Notes under the pieces: generated by a model | Database searches by the model: none | What the model saw: only the letters and a program-made list of their open reading frames with translations | What the model was told of the DNA's origin: nothing | NCBI GenBank assembly: GCA_965197375.1 | Contig: CBDAMZ010000008.1 | Coordinates: 143,394-207,393 of the forward strand | DNA: 64,000 nucleotides | Direction of reading: 5' to 3' | From: Vicinamibacterales bacterium | GTDB taxonomy: Bacteria > Acidobacteriota > Vicinamibacteria > Vicinamibacterales > UBA8438 | In this document: one piece after another, positions 49,794-58,508 of the stretch | How the letters are laid out: the number at the start of each line of letters is the position of its first letter | Numbering within the stretch: the stretch's first letter is position 1 | Position numbers and translations under genes: made by a program

Positions 49794-50942
49794 TTAGGTT
49801 ACACGCACCCGATACGAGCAGCCGGCGAGCTTCGGCAATCCGACCCGCTTGCCAAAGATAAGGACCTTGTGTGTGCTCCCGAGGCCGCCTGGTAGCAGCA
49901 AGGTCTTCATTGCCAGTCGGCGCCTGATGGAATATAGGTCATTTCCTGCCGCCTGTTCGAGACGAGCAGCCGCCCCGAGGCCCAGCAGGAAATAGGTCTG
50001 GTCGAGTACGCCGAGCGTTTGGAGACCGGCCTGCTCTGCGGCTTTTCGCACCGCGGTCAAGTCGACATGTGCCGTGATGTCTCGCTCGCCGGAGTCTGCG
50101 AGCCACGGCGGGGTGCCCGAGGTGTGGTCGCTGGCTGCGCGGTGGTGGTGATAGGTTGTCAGGGTGCCATCGGCGTGAGTTGGCGAGTAGAGTTCCGCCG
50201 CCTCGTGGCCGTAGTCGACCACGAGGACAAAACCGCGCTCGAGTCGGCGCGCAGCATGCTCGATCCAGGCAATTGCTGCCGGATTGATCTCGGCGCGCCA
50301 TCCAGGCTCGAGCTTGATCCCCCATCGTTCGATGTGCCGACCGACGCTCGGGGCCGATAGCGGTCCCACGCGTTCCACGAGCCGGTCTCCGCGCACATCG
50401 ACGTAGACCTCCGCCAGCCCGTCCTTAGTCATGACGACGACGTGCGGCGGCACGGCATCGAGTAATTCGTTGGCGAAGATGACACCAGAGACCAGCGGGG
50501 GAAGATCGGCGGCAGAGGCGACCAGCTTCGAGACATGGCGCTTAAGTGTCAGCGTATGGGCGGCGCGTGCCGTCGGGCTACGCTCGGCCAGGCTCAGGCG
50601 GACCGCGGCATAGAACTCAGGGTCTCTAGCGGCGGCGGTGTCGAGGATGTCCTGTGCCAGCTGACCGCGTCCGGCCGCGGCCTCAACCAGGTCGAACGTC
50701 GATGTGTGAGGGTCTGATGCGCGGAGCAAGCGCCACATCTCAGCGAACTGCACTGCTAGCAGCTCGCCAAAGAGCGGCCCTAGATCGACGCTAGTAAAGA
50801 AGTCGCCCGTGCGCCCGGACCGCTGATCGGTCCGGGCGTAATAGCCAAACTCTGGATGATAGAGCGCCAGTTCGACGTACGTCGCGAGGGGCAGCGGACC
50901 CTCGGCTCGGATCCGCTGAACAATCACCTCACGGAGTGCCAT
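49794..50942 (-). CDS. MidA/NDUFAF7-family SAM-dependent methyltransferase (DUF185)
   Basis: 382 aa; ...LPLATYVELALYHPEFGYYARTDQRSGRTGDFFTSVDLGPLFGELLA..., FANELLDAVP. Confidence 0.85.
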   Translation of the reverse strand: MALREVIVQRIRAEGPLPLATYVELALYHPEFGYYARTDQRSGRTGDFFTSVDLGPLFGELLAVQFAEMWRLLRASDPHTSTFDLVEAAAGRGQLAQDILDTAAARDPEFYAAVRLSLAERSPTARAAHTLTLKRHVSKLVASAADLPPLVSGVIFANELLDAVPPHVVVMTKDGLAEVYVDVRGDRLVERVGPLSAPSVGRHIERWGIKLEPGWRAEINPAAIAWIEHAARRLERGFVLVVDYGHEAAELYSPTHADGTLTTYHHHRAASDHTSGTPPWLADSGERDITAHVDLTAVRKAAEQAGLQTLGVLDQTYFLLGLGAAARLEQAAGNDLYSIRRRLAMKTLLLPGGLGSTHKVLIFGKRVGLPKLAGCSYRVRVT

Positions 50943-50944
50943 CC

Positions 50945-52447
50945 TTATTCCCTTGGGACCTGGAGGAAGACCCGTGAGCCACGACGCTGGACCAACAAGA
51001 ACGCCGTTCGTCCAGACTCAATGGCGTTGAGCTGCTGAGTGGCTTCGGTGGCGGTTGCCACCTCGACGCGGTTCACGCTGGTGATGACGTCACCCGGCCG
51101 GACGCCACCGGCCGCGGCCGAGCTGCCGCGCTCCACGTCGACCACAACCGCACCGGTCGTGTCGGTTGGCACGCGCAGGCGACGGGCCATCTGCGGCGTG
51201 AGATCTTGTAGCGCGATGCCGAAGACTTCGCTCACCTCTCCGGCGGTATTCGTCGCCGTGCGGCCTTCCTCAGCGAGATCGAGCTCTGCCACCGTGACGT
51301 TGAGCACGACCGGCTCACCAGCACGCAGTACCTCGACTAGGACGGTCGTTCCCGGACGCGTTGCGATCACCTTGCTCTGTAGATCCTCGGTATTCTCCAC
51401 CCGCCTACCATTAAAGTGCATGATGATATCGCCTGGCTGCAGGTCGGCTTTATTTGCCGGTCCTCCCTCCTGCACCGATGAAACGATGGCGCCCCTCGGC
51501 TCGTCTAACCCGAGGTCCTCATAGGACTCTCGCGAGACGTTCATAATCGCGACCCCGATCCGGCCACGGGTAACCTTCCCGCTTCGCAGTTCGGTCAATA
51601 GCTCGCGCACGACATTGCTCGGAATCGCGAAGCCGATGCCGACGTTGGACATCCGATCGCTGACGATCGCGGTGTTGATCCCGACCACTTCACCGCGCAG
51701 GTTCAACAATGGGCCGCCAGAGTTACCCGGATTAATGGCGGCGTCGGTCTGGATGACGTCGGTCTGTCGCCCCGGTACCGGCCGGAACGGGCGACCAATG
51801 GCCGAGACAACCCCCACCGTTACGGTGTGGCCAAGGCCGAACGGGTTGCCGATTGCCATGACCCAATCACCCGGCGCCATCCGGCTGGAGTCCCCGAACT
51901 TGGCGACGGGCAGATCCCAATCTGGCCGTTCGATGAGTTCGAGTAAGGCACTGTCGGTGAGTGGGTCCCGACCCAATATTCGAGCTTCGTATCGGTCCCG
52001 CTCGTCGTCGTCAAAGAAGTCGATTTCAATTTTTGTTGCCTCTTCGACCACGTGGTTGTTCGTCAAGATCAGGCCATCAGAGTCGATCACGAACCCGGTG
52101 CCGGCTGCCCGAACCGTCTCTTCGCGGGGCTGTGACCGTGGGGAAGGTTGCCCGAAAAATCGACGAAAGAGGTCGTCGCTACCAAAGAAATCGTCGAGCT
52201 GCGTCGCACGCTGTGTCTCGGTCCAGATGCTGACTACCATTGCTGTCTGCTGCTCGGCGATCTCACGGAATGTCGCCGCGTCGATCTGCCCGGTGATGGG
52301 TGTACTGTTTAGCGGCGGAGCCTTGGCCGCCTGGGCTGACGACGCTGGCGCCAGATTGAAGCGGGACGCGATCACCATACCGATGGCCATTGACGCCACC
52401 GCGATCAAGGCTGCGGAAAACACAGTGGTCCTTCGTATTGACATCAT
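50945..52447 (-). CDS. htrA: HtrA/DegP-family periplasmic serine endoprotease with two PDZ domains
   Basis: From ATG 52447 (GGGAGG SD just upstream): signal/TM MMSIRRTTVFSAALIAVASMAIG; catalytic LTNNHVV, D...L, NPGNSGGPLLN; two PDZ domains. Confidence 0.9.
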   Translation of the reverse strand: MMSIRRTTVFSAALIAVASMAIGMVIASRFNLAPASSAQAAKAPPLNSTPITGQIDAATFREIAEQQTAMVVSIWTETQRATQLDDFFGSDDLFRRFFGQPSPRSQPREETVRAAGTGFVIDSDGLILTNNHVVEEATKIEIDFFDDDERDRYEARILGRDPLTDSALLELIERPDWDLPVAKFGDSSRMAPGDWVMAIGNPFGLGHTVTVGVVSAIGRPFRPVPGRQTDVIQTDAAINPGNSGGPLLNLRGEVVGINTAIVSDRMSNVGIGFAIPSNVVRELLTELRSGKVTRGRIGVAIMNVSRESYEDLGLDEPRGAIVSSVQEGGPANKADLQPGDIIMHFNGRRVENTEDLQSKVIATRPGTTVLVEVLRAGEPVVLNVTVAELDLAEEGRTATNTAGEVSEVFGIALQDLTPQMARRLRVPTDTTGAVVVDVERGSSAAAGGVRPGDVITSVNRVEVATATEATQQLNAIESGRTAFLLVQRRGSRVFLQVPRE

Positions 52448-52524
52448 GTTCCTCCCACGCGGCCGGACCGCCGAACCTACTACGCTATCGTAACCCACCC
52501 CTGGCCACCAGCACGCGTGATCCG

Positions 52525-53787
52525 TCAACAGAGTGCCGCGATCTCAGTCTGCAGGGGCCCGGTGACCGTTGCCTCGTCAGCCCCCACATACATATTCACT
52601 TCGGTGCGTACCCCGAAGGTATCGAAGTAGATCCCCGGCTCGATCGTAAACCCGGTACCAGCTAGCAGCCGGCGGTTGTCGTGGGTCTCGTAATCGTCCA
52701 TGTGAACGCCGTTCCCGTGCACCGACTCACCGAGGCTGTGTCCCGTGCGATGCACGAAGTACGGCCCGTAGCCGGCCCTCTCGATGATTGCCCGCGCCGC
52801 ACGATCAACCTCCCACCCCCTGAGTTCGTGCCCGGCGTGGACCCGCTCGTGCACGAGCCTGACGGCAGCGTCGCGTGCGTCGCGGGCGACGGCGAACACT
52901 GCCTGATACTCCGCTGGGACGGGCGTCCCGGAGTACGCCACCCATGTGATATCGGCAAAAACCGCGTCTTCTTTGTCCAGTTTGCCCCAAAGGTCCAGCA
53001 GGATAATTTCATCAGGTTGGATCGGTCGGGATCGCCCTGGTGCCGGGAGATAATGCGGGTTGCCGCTGTTTTCCTGAGCGGCCACGACCGGCGGCGAATC
53101 GGTGACGAGGCCTTCGGCTTCGAACCATGCGACCATTGCTTGCTGGACATCATGCTCGGAGGGTGGCGAGCTGCCTCCGACGTGGTTCCCGATTAGGTGG
53201 AATGCTCGATCCTTGATTCGGTAGAGGCGCTCAGAGGCCTCGCGGTGGCTCTCCAACGCCGCGTCGTCCCACACCGCTTCGAAGCGTTGCACCAGGTCGC
53301 ACGACGAAACTACTTCGACCCCGAGCGATCGAAGACAGTCGACGGTTCCCGCGTCGACCCGAGATACGTACGGGATGGCGCACCCCGGCGAGTACTCTAT
53401 CGCGACGCGGGTCACGCCGGCCAGCAGTTGCTTGATCCCCTCGTCGAGCTGTTCCCGGTCGGCATAGAAATATTTGACGCCTGGTAGATGCTCGAGGCTG
53501 CCACGCTCGATGGTGTGGACCAACGACCGCGGCTTTCCGTTGGCAGGGACAAGGTAGTACCATCGGCGCGTCGTGAGCTTCGCGATCCCGTTCAGGCCGG
53601 CCATCTGCCTGGCAATCGGATTTGCGCCGTGGAAGTCGTATAGCAGCCACCCATCGAGCCCGTCTTCGCGCAGTGCCTGCTGAATCGCGACGATGTCTAA
53701 TCCCATTGCAGTGCTCTGTGGAGTATACCGTTCATTGTCTACGACGACGGATATCGCGCGTGCGCTTGCACCTACCATGACATCCAA
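52525..53787 (-). CDS. M24-family Xaa-Pro aminopeptidase-like metallopeptidase
   Basis: 420-aa ORF (ATG 53706 is a likely alternative start); LLDLWG..., HRTGHSLGESVHG, FTIEPGIYF pita-bread metal-ligand motifs. Confidence 0.83.
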   Translation of the reverse strand: MDVMVGASARAISVVVDNERYTPQSTAMGLDIVAIQQALREDGLDGWLLYDFHGANPIARQMAGLNGIAKLTTRRWYYLVPANGKPRSLVHTIERGSLEHLPGVKYFYADREQLDEGIKQLLAGVTRVAIEYSPGCAIPYVSRVDAGTVDCLRSLGVEVVSSCDLVQRFEAVWDDAALESHREASERLYRIKDRAFHLIGNHVGGSSPPSEHDVQQAMVAWFEAEGLVTDSPPVVAAQENSGNPHYLPAPGRSRPIQPDEIILLDLWGKLDKEDAVFADITWVAYSGTPVPAEYQAVFAVARDARDAAVRLVHERVHAGHELRGWEVDRAARAIIERAGYGPYFVHRTGHSLGESVHGNGVHMDDYETHDNRRLLAGTGFTIEPGIYFDTFGVRTEVNMYVGADEATVTGPLQTEIAALC

Positions 53788-53944
53788 CGTGCTCTCAATT
53801 TACCTAGACAATGCGAGAGCGGCCGGCCTACTCGGACGCGGACGGTCTGCCAAAAATTTAAGCGGACCCGACGGAGGCGTTAGCGGATCCGGACGACCTT
53901 TGGGCCGTCGACGACGTGATGTGAGGATTGAACACGAGACTTGA

Positions 53945-54243
53945 ATGCCGGTCAAGTTCTTCGGTCACACGGCGGATGTTGGCGCGCACCTCGTTGCTCC
54001 GACGTTTGAGGCACCGTTCGTCGAGGCTGCGACAGCGCTCACTGAAACCCTTTGCGATCCCTGCGGAATCGAGCCACGGTTGTCGCGAGCCGTGACCGTT
54101 CACGCCCCCGATGTCGATCAGCTTCTGGTCGAGTGGCTGAGCGAGCCAATAAGGATGTGGCTGAGGTGGTGCGCGTTGTGCACGAAGCTGGGATCAGCAC
54201 GCGCGTCGCCCAGCCCCGACCGGTCGCGGTCATCAAAGACTAA
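53945..54243 (+). pseudogene. Archease-like gene, frameshifted and internally shortened
   Basis: N-terminus MPVKFFGHTADVGAHL...DVDQLLVEWLSE matches the archease pattern (F.HTAD.G...LL.DWL.E). The C-terminal part ...AEVVRVVHEAGISTRVAQPRPVAVIKD* is in another frame. Total ~100 codons versus the ~140 expected. Confidence 0.45.
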
Positions 54244-54424
54244 GCGAGGACTCTCACAAATGCAGTAGCATGCGGCCGCCGATACATCCCGCCAAGGGCC
54301 CTGGACCTTCTCGTTAGCTGGTCAAATAACCCCGGCACTCTTTCTCCTCGTGCCGTGCAACGGCCGGACGCACCTCCGCCTAGTGGGTCCCCACACCGCG
54401 TCGAGGACGCGATTCGATAGAGAG

Positions 54425-54997
54425 CTACCGTGCTGCGGGCTCGGTCCCGGGCGCTGCTTCCCCGTCTTCAGGTTCGGGGTCCTCAATTTCGTCAAGCAGC
54501 GTTGCTTCAATGTCACCGTTCTGGTGGCTGAACTCGTAGTTGCTTCGGTCCATCGCCGGGTTCCGAGGCACGCGTAACTCGACATTGATCACCTGACCGG
54601 GGAGAAACGGTTCGCGAAGGCGGAACCGGTCACCGGTCACCGTATTGCCATCACGGTCGAACCAAAACTCGTCTACCTGGAACCCCGCGATGGCGTTCTC
54701 GGCGAGGTTTCTGACCCGGATCTCGGTGACGATGAAATTCCGTTCCCGCCGAGCCGCCGGCTGTGTATAGCCGATTTCGGCTAGGCCGCGAACGGTCGGG
54801 ACCAACTTAAGATCGCTTCCGAGCCTGCTCGCTAAACGACTCGCGACGGTCGCGGCCGCGGCGTCGGCCGCGGCGTCGGCCGCAGCCGCTTCCGCGGCTG
54901 CAGCATCGTCCTCGACGGGCTCAGAGCCGCCACAGGCGGTGGTCACGAGAATACAGGCCAGGAAACCGAAACGTAGCGCGCAGCTCAGGCGTGTCAT
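54425..54997 (-). CDS. Hypothetical lipoprotein
   Basis: From ATG 54997: MTRLSCALRFGFLACILVTTAC|GG (lipobox-like), Ala/Asp-rich linker, ~120-aa globular part, acidic tail. No family recognised. Confidence 0.55.
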   Translation of the reverse strand: MTRLSCALRFGFLACILVTTACGGSEPVEDDAAAAEAAAADAAADAAAATVASRLASRLGSDLKLVPTVRGLAEIGYTQPAARRERNFIVTEIRVRNLAENAIAGFQVDEFWFDRDGNTVTGDRFRLREPFLPGQVINVELRVPRNPAMDRSNYEFSHQNGDIEATLLDEIEDPEPEDGEAAPGTEPAAR

Positions 54998-55085
54998 CAC
55001 ATCTCCTCCCGAAGACATTCAGGGTGAAGCAAAATTATAGGTCCGGTTCGCCGGAAACCTCAACAGGAGAGTGGCTGGCGGGTCG

Positions 55086-55544
55086 CTACATCTCCCCATT
55101 CCAATCCTCTGGTTCAGGATTAACCGAACGGAAAACCTCCAGGTGCCATTTGCCCCCACCCCACGGCTCGATGACCTCAGCGGCCACCACATCTACCAGT
55201 AGCTCTGCGAAGGAGCGCCCCTCGGGATCCCCATCCAGATGGTACGCTGGCCCATCCCAGGCGAAGGTTGGATAGAGAATGAGGCTGAGGAACAGATCGT
55301 AGCCATCATCGACGACGATGAGCTGGCCGCACGGGCGCTTCTGTGTCGAGTGATAGACGAGATACTTTTCGGCGCTGTGTGCTCGAATGTAGCGCTTCAG
55401 GGCGAACTCGCGCGCGACGATGTCCTCGACCGCGATCTTTTTATCCCAGCAGTCACGACAGTACTTTTCCCCGCCGCGTGGCTCCGATACTTCTTTTGCG
55501 CCACATAACGCGCAGCGGGCCTTCGCGGCTGAACGTGGAGACAT
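55086..55544 (-). CDS. Hypothetical protein with N-terminal CxxC...CxxC zinc-ribbon
   Basis: From ATG 55544: MSPRSAAKARCALCGAKEVSEPRGGEKYCRDCWDKK...; 152 aa. The longer 235-aa ORF overlaps the divergent VOC gene and is judged an over-extension. Confidence 0.5.
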   Translation of the reverse strand: MSPRSAAKARCALCGAKEVSEPRGGEKYCRDCWDKKIAVEDIVAREFALKRYIRAHSAEKYLVYHSTQKRPCGQLIVVDDGYDLFLSLILYPTFAWDGPAYHLDGDPEGRSFAELLVDVVAAEVIEPWGGGKWHLEVFRSVNPEPEDWNGEM

Positions 55545-55601
55545 ACTGAGAATTGTAGACTCAGCGATTCGCGGTCGGCAAGCTGCTATCATTCTTCTTA
55601 G

Positions 55602-56006
55602 ATGAGCGGACGACCTGTACATCTCGGCATGCGCCACCTGGCAATGCATGTTTGCGCGTTTGAGGAGATGAAACAGTTCTACGTCGCACTGTTGGGTTTT
55701 CGGGTAGAGTGGGAGCCGGACTCGGACAATGTTTACCTCACTTCCGGGGCTGACAACCTCGCGTTTCATCGCGCGCCGGACGCCGGCGATCACGAGAAGC
55801 GCATCGAGTCAACACTTGATCACCTCGGGTTGGTCGTTCGCACACCGGAAGAGGTCGATCGGTGGGCCAGCTACCTGGAGGGGCACGGCGTGATGCTTGT
55901 AAAGCAGCCGAGAGCGCATCGGGATGGCGCCCGGTCGTTCTACTTCCGCGATCCGGACGGGAACCAGATTCAGATCATCTACCATCCGCCCATCAGTGGC
56001 TGGTGA
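55602..56006 (+). CDS. VOC-family (glyoxalase/bleomycin-resistance/dioxygenase fold) protein
   Basis: 134 aa; MRHLAMHVCAFEEMKQFYVALLGFRV...LDHLGLVV...ARSFYFRDPDGNQIQI. Confidence 0.85.
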   Translation: MSGRPVHLGMRHLAMHVCAFEEMKQFYVALLGFRVEWEPDSDNVYLTSGADNLAFHRAPDAGDHEKRIESTLDHLGLVVRTPEEVDRWASYLEGHGVMLVKQPRAHRDGARSFYFRDPDGNQIQIIYHPPISGW

Positions 56007-56019
56007 CTCGCGTCACGGG

Positions 56020-56633
56020 GCACCCGTCCCGGCCATCGAACGTCGCACATGGCGGTTACCGAGCGGAACCTCCACGATACCACCGCGAACCGTCGCGTGT
56101 CGTCGCCGGCTCGATCGGCGCATTGGCCCAGTCGATCTGCTCGTACTCTTCCTGCTGCCATCCCTCGGCGGAGATATGCTGATGGAAATATCCCTGAGGA
56201 TACATAAACCCGACCGCCACCAAAGGAAGACCGAGGTCACTCGCTTCCTTACAGATGTCACCGGCGAGGACGCCCAGGCCGCCGGCGTAGATCGGCAGCG
56301 ATTGATGAATCGCAAATTCCGCCGAAAAGTACGCGATACAGCGGCCGGGGAGATCCGTACCCTGCTGTTGCCACCACGTATCGTGCGCAGTCCGCACAGC
56401 ATCCAGGCCGGCGAGGCCTGGTCGTAAATGGCGAGGAACGCGGGGCGATGCATCACCTTGGCCAGTCGCTCGTGGGAGAGCGTCCGCAACACGCGCACGG
56501 GATTGTGAGCCGTCGTGCGCCACAGCGGGTGGTCGAGGCGTCTGAAGACTTCTCGCGCGTCTCGGTTCCAGGTCAACCACAGGTCGTTAGCCAACTCGGC
56601 GAGTCTCCCGATACGGTCGGGTAGTTCGGTCAC
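56020..56633 (-). pseudogene. N-terminal ~200-codon fragment of an alpha-glucan (glycogen) phosphorylase, multiply frameshifted and 3'-truncated
   Basis: Frame a: MTELPDRIGRLAELANDLWLTWNRDAREVFRRLDHPLWRTTAHNPVRVL.... Frame b: ...TWWQQQGTDLPGRCIAYFSAEFAIHQSLPIYAGGLGVLAGDICKEASDLGLPLVAVGFMYPQGYFHQ.... Further shifts give ...GGIVEVPLGNRHV and ...VRWPGRVP. Homology stops about 15-25 nt from the VOC gene stop, and some 650 codons are missing. Confidence 0.7.
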
Positions 56634-57583
56634 GCAATCAGCTCCGCAAAGGTCGGTAAATCAATATTCCCCCCGGATATGACTGCGGCGATCTTGCCCG
56701 GGCCGACGCGTCCGCTCACGGCCGCCGCCACAGCACAGGCGCCCGCACCTTCTGTAATCACGTGTAAGTGGTCTGCCACCAGCCGCATCGCGTGTTTGAT
56801 TTCGTCGAGGGAAACGACGATCGACGCGTCGACCAGATCGCGGAGCAGCGGCCACATGGTTGGGGTCACGGACTTGCCCCCGCAACCATCGACGAAGGAC
56901 GCCTCCCATCGATCGAAGTAGCTTGCCTGCTCGGCCGCGATTGACGCGGCTAGTGGCGCCGCGGTCTCCGGTTCGGCTGCGTAGATACGCACACGTGGTT
57001 TGAGCGCGCGGACGGCCGTTGCAATTCCCGCAAGTAGTCCGCCACCGCCAACGGAGGCGACGACGGCATCGACTTCTGGGAGATCCTCAACGATCTCGAG
57101 ACCGATAGTTCCATTGCCGCTAATGAACTGATCATCGTCGAATGGGTGGACGAAACACCCAGGCAGCCGGTCAGCCTGGTGGCGTTCCACGGTCTTCCAG
57201 CACTCGTCGTAGCTCGCCTTGACTATCCGGGCGCCCAGCCGCTCAATGGCGTCAATCTTGGTTTGCGGCGCCGTGTCGATGACCAACGCCGAACAGGCGG
57301 TACCGACCGCGCGTGCGGCAAGGGCGACTCCTTGCGCCGCGTTCCCCGCGCTGACGGTCCAGACGCCGTTAGTCAACGCGGCCGGCGTCAACTGTCGAAT
57401 TGCATTGTAGGCGCCACGAATTTTGAAGGCCCCAATCGGTTGGAGTGTTTCGAGTTTGAGATAGACGTCGTCGGGCGAGGCCGTGCCGGTCTCCAACTTG
57501 ACGAGGGGTGTGCGCCGTGCCACTTCGTAGATCACGGCCGCCGCATCTCGGATCGTGTCGATCGTGATCCGACGGGTCATCAA
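56630..57583 (-). CDS. PLP-dependent threonine/serine dehydratase (fold-type II)
   Basis: 317 aa; LKLETLQPIGAFKIRGAYNAI (PLP lysine), SAGNAAQGVALAA, VGGGGLLAG. Confidence 0.87.
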   Translation of the reverse strand: MMTRRITIDTIRDAAAVIYEVARRTPLVKLETGTASPDDVYLKLETLQPIGAFKIRGAYNAIRQLTPAALTNGVWTVSAGNAAQGVALAARAVGTACSALVIDTAPQTKIDAIERLGARIVKASYDECWKTVERHQADRLPGCFVHPFDDDQFISGNGTIGLEIVEDLPEVDAVVASVGGGGLLAGIATAVRALKPRVRIYAAEPETAAPLAASIAAEQASYFDRWEASFVDGCGGKSVTPTMWPLLRDLVDASIVVSLDEIKHAMRLVADHLHVITEGAGACAVAAAVSGRVGPGKIAAVISGGNIDLPTFAELIA

Positions 57584-57584
57584 C

Positions 57585-58508
57585 CTAGTGTTTCCCCCAC
57601 TTCAGTTTTTGGCGTAAGACGGCGAAGTAGTTGCGCTGCTCCGCGCGCACGACCTTCAGTGAGTGTTCAGCAGATTCCACGGTGATGACATCGCCAGGGT
57701 CGAGCCTGAGGCCGAACTGCCCGTCGAAGCTCACGAACGCCTCGCGGTGTGGTCCGATCAACGTTGGTGCGATGCGAACCGCCGCGCGGCTCGGAATGAC
57801 GATCGGTCGGTTCGTCAGCGTGTGCGGTGCGATTGGCGTCAGCAGAATTGCATCGACCGCTGGGTGAACAATTGGTCCACCAAGTGACAAGTTGTAGGCG
57901 GTGGAGCCGGTCGGGGTGGCGATAATCAACCCATCCGCCCGGCAACTGGTGACGAACTGGCCACCGACGGAAATGGATAGCTCAATGAGACTGGACAGCG
58001 CTGCCTTGCTGATGACGACGTCGTTCAAGACTAGCCGATGGGCGGTGACATCGCTGCCGTGGAGCACCTGCGATCGGAGCATCCGCCGCTCGTCGATGGA
58101 CGCAGTGCCGTCAAGCGCCGACTGAAGGGCGTGGTACAACTCAGGTAACGTGATTTCCGTCAGAAACCCGAGGCTGCCGAAGTTGACGGCAAGAATCGGA
58201 ATGTCGGCGGCGGCGGCGGCGACGCGGTTCGCGACGTCGAGCAGGGTACCATCGCCTCCGAGAACGAGCAGGAGGTCGGCCACCTTCGGGAGCTCGTCCT
58301 TTGAACAGGTCGACGGTTGGCTGAGACCCGCGTGTCGAGCGGTGTCCAGTTCGACTACTGCTCGGATGTCTCGGGCTTCGAGCCACTCAGTCACTTCGCG
58401 GACAACTGCCGCGGTTTCGTCGAGCCGAGTCTTGGCGATAACGCCGACCGTCTCGACGGCCTTGGCACGTGGGCTGCGGATCAAGGGTTCTGCGGTCATA
58501 GATGGCAT
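57585..58508 (-). CDS. nadK: NAD(+) kinase
   Basis: LLVLGGDGTLL, ILAVNFGSLGFLTE, ...IATPTGSTAYNLSLGGPIV. ATG 58499 (ATGA overlap with the tlyA stop) is an equally plausible start. Confidence 0.92.
   Translation of the reverse strand: MPSMTAEPLIRSPRAKAVETVGVIAKTRLDETAAVVREVTEWLEARDIRAVVELDTARHAGLSQPSTCSKDELPKVADLLLVLGGDGTLLDVANRVAAAAADIPILAVNFGSLGFLTEITLPELYHALQSALDGTASIDERRMLRSQVLHGSDVTAHRLVLNDVVISKAALSSLIELSISVGGQFVTSCRADGLIIATPTGSTAYNLSLGGPIVHPAVDAILLTPIAPHTLTNRPIVIPSRAAVRIAPTLIGPHREAFVSFDGQFGLRLDPGDVITVESAEHSLKVVRAEQRNYFAVLRQKLKWGKH

Noticed and set aside
54840-54900. Short tandem DNA repeats (gccgcggcgtcg units), and the Ala/Pro-rich repeats in infB (about 42700-43300), considered as a possible CRISPR or VNTR
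   Set aside because: They lie inside coding regions and encode low-complexity Ala/Asp or Ala/Pro linkers. There is no repeat-spacer architecture and there are no cas genes.
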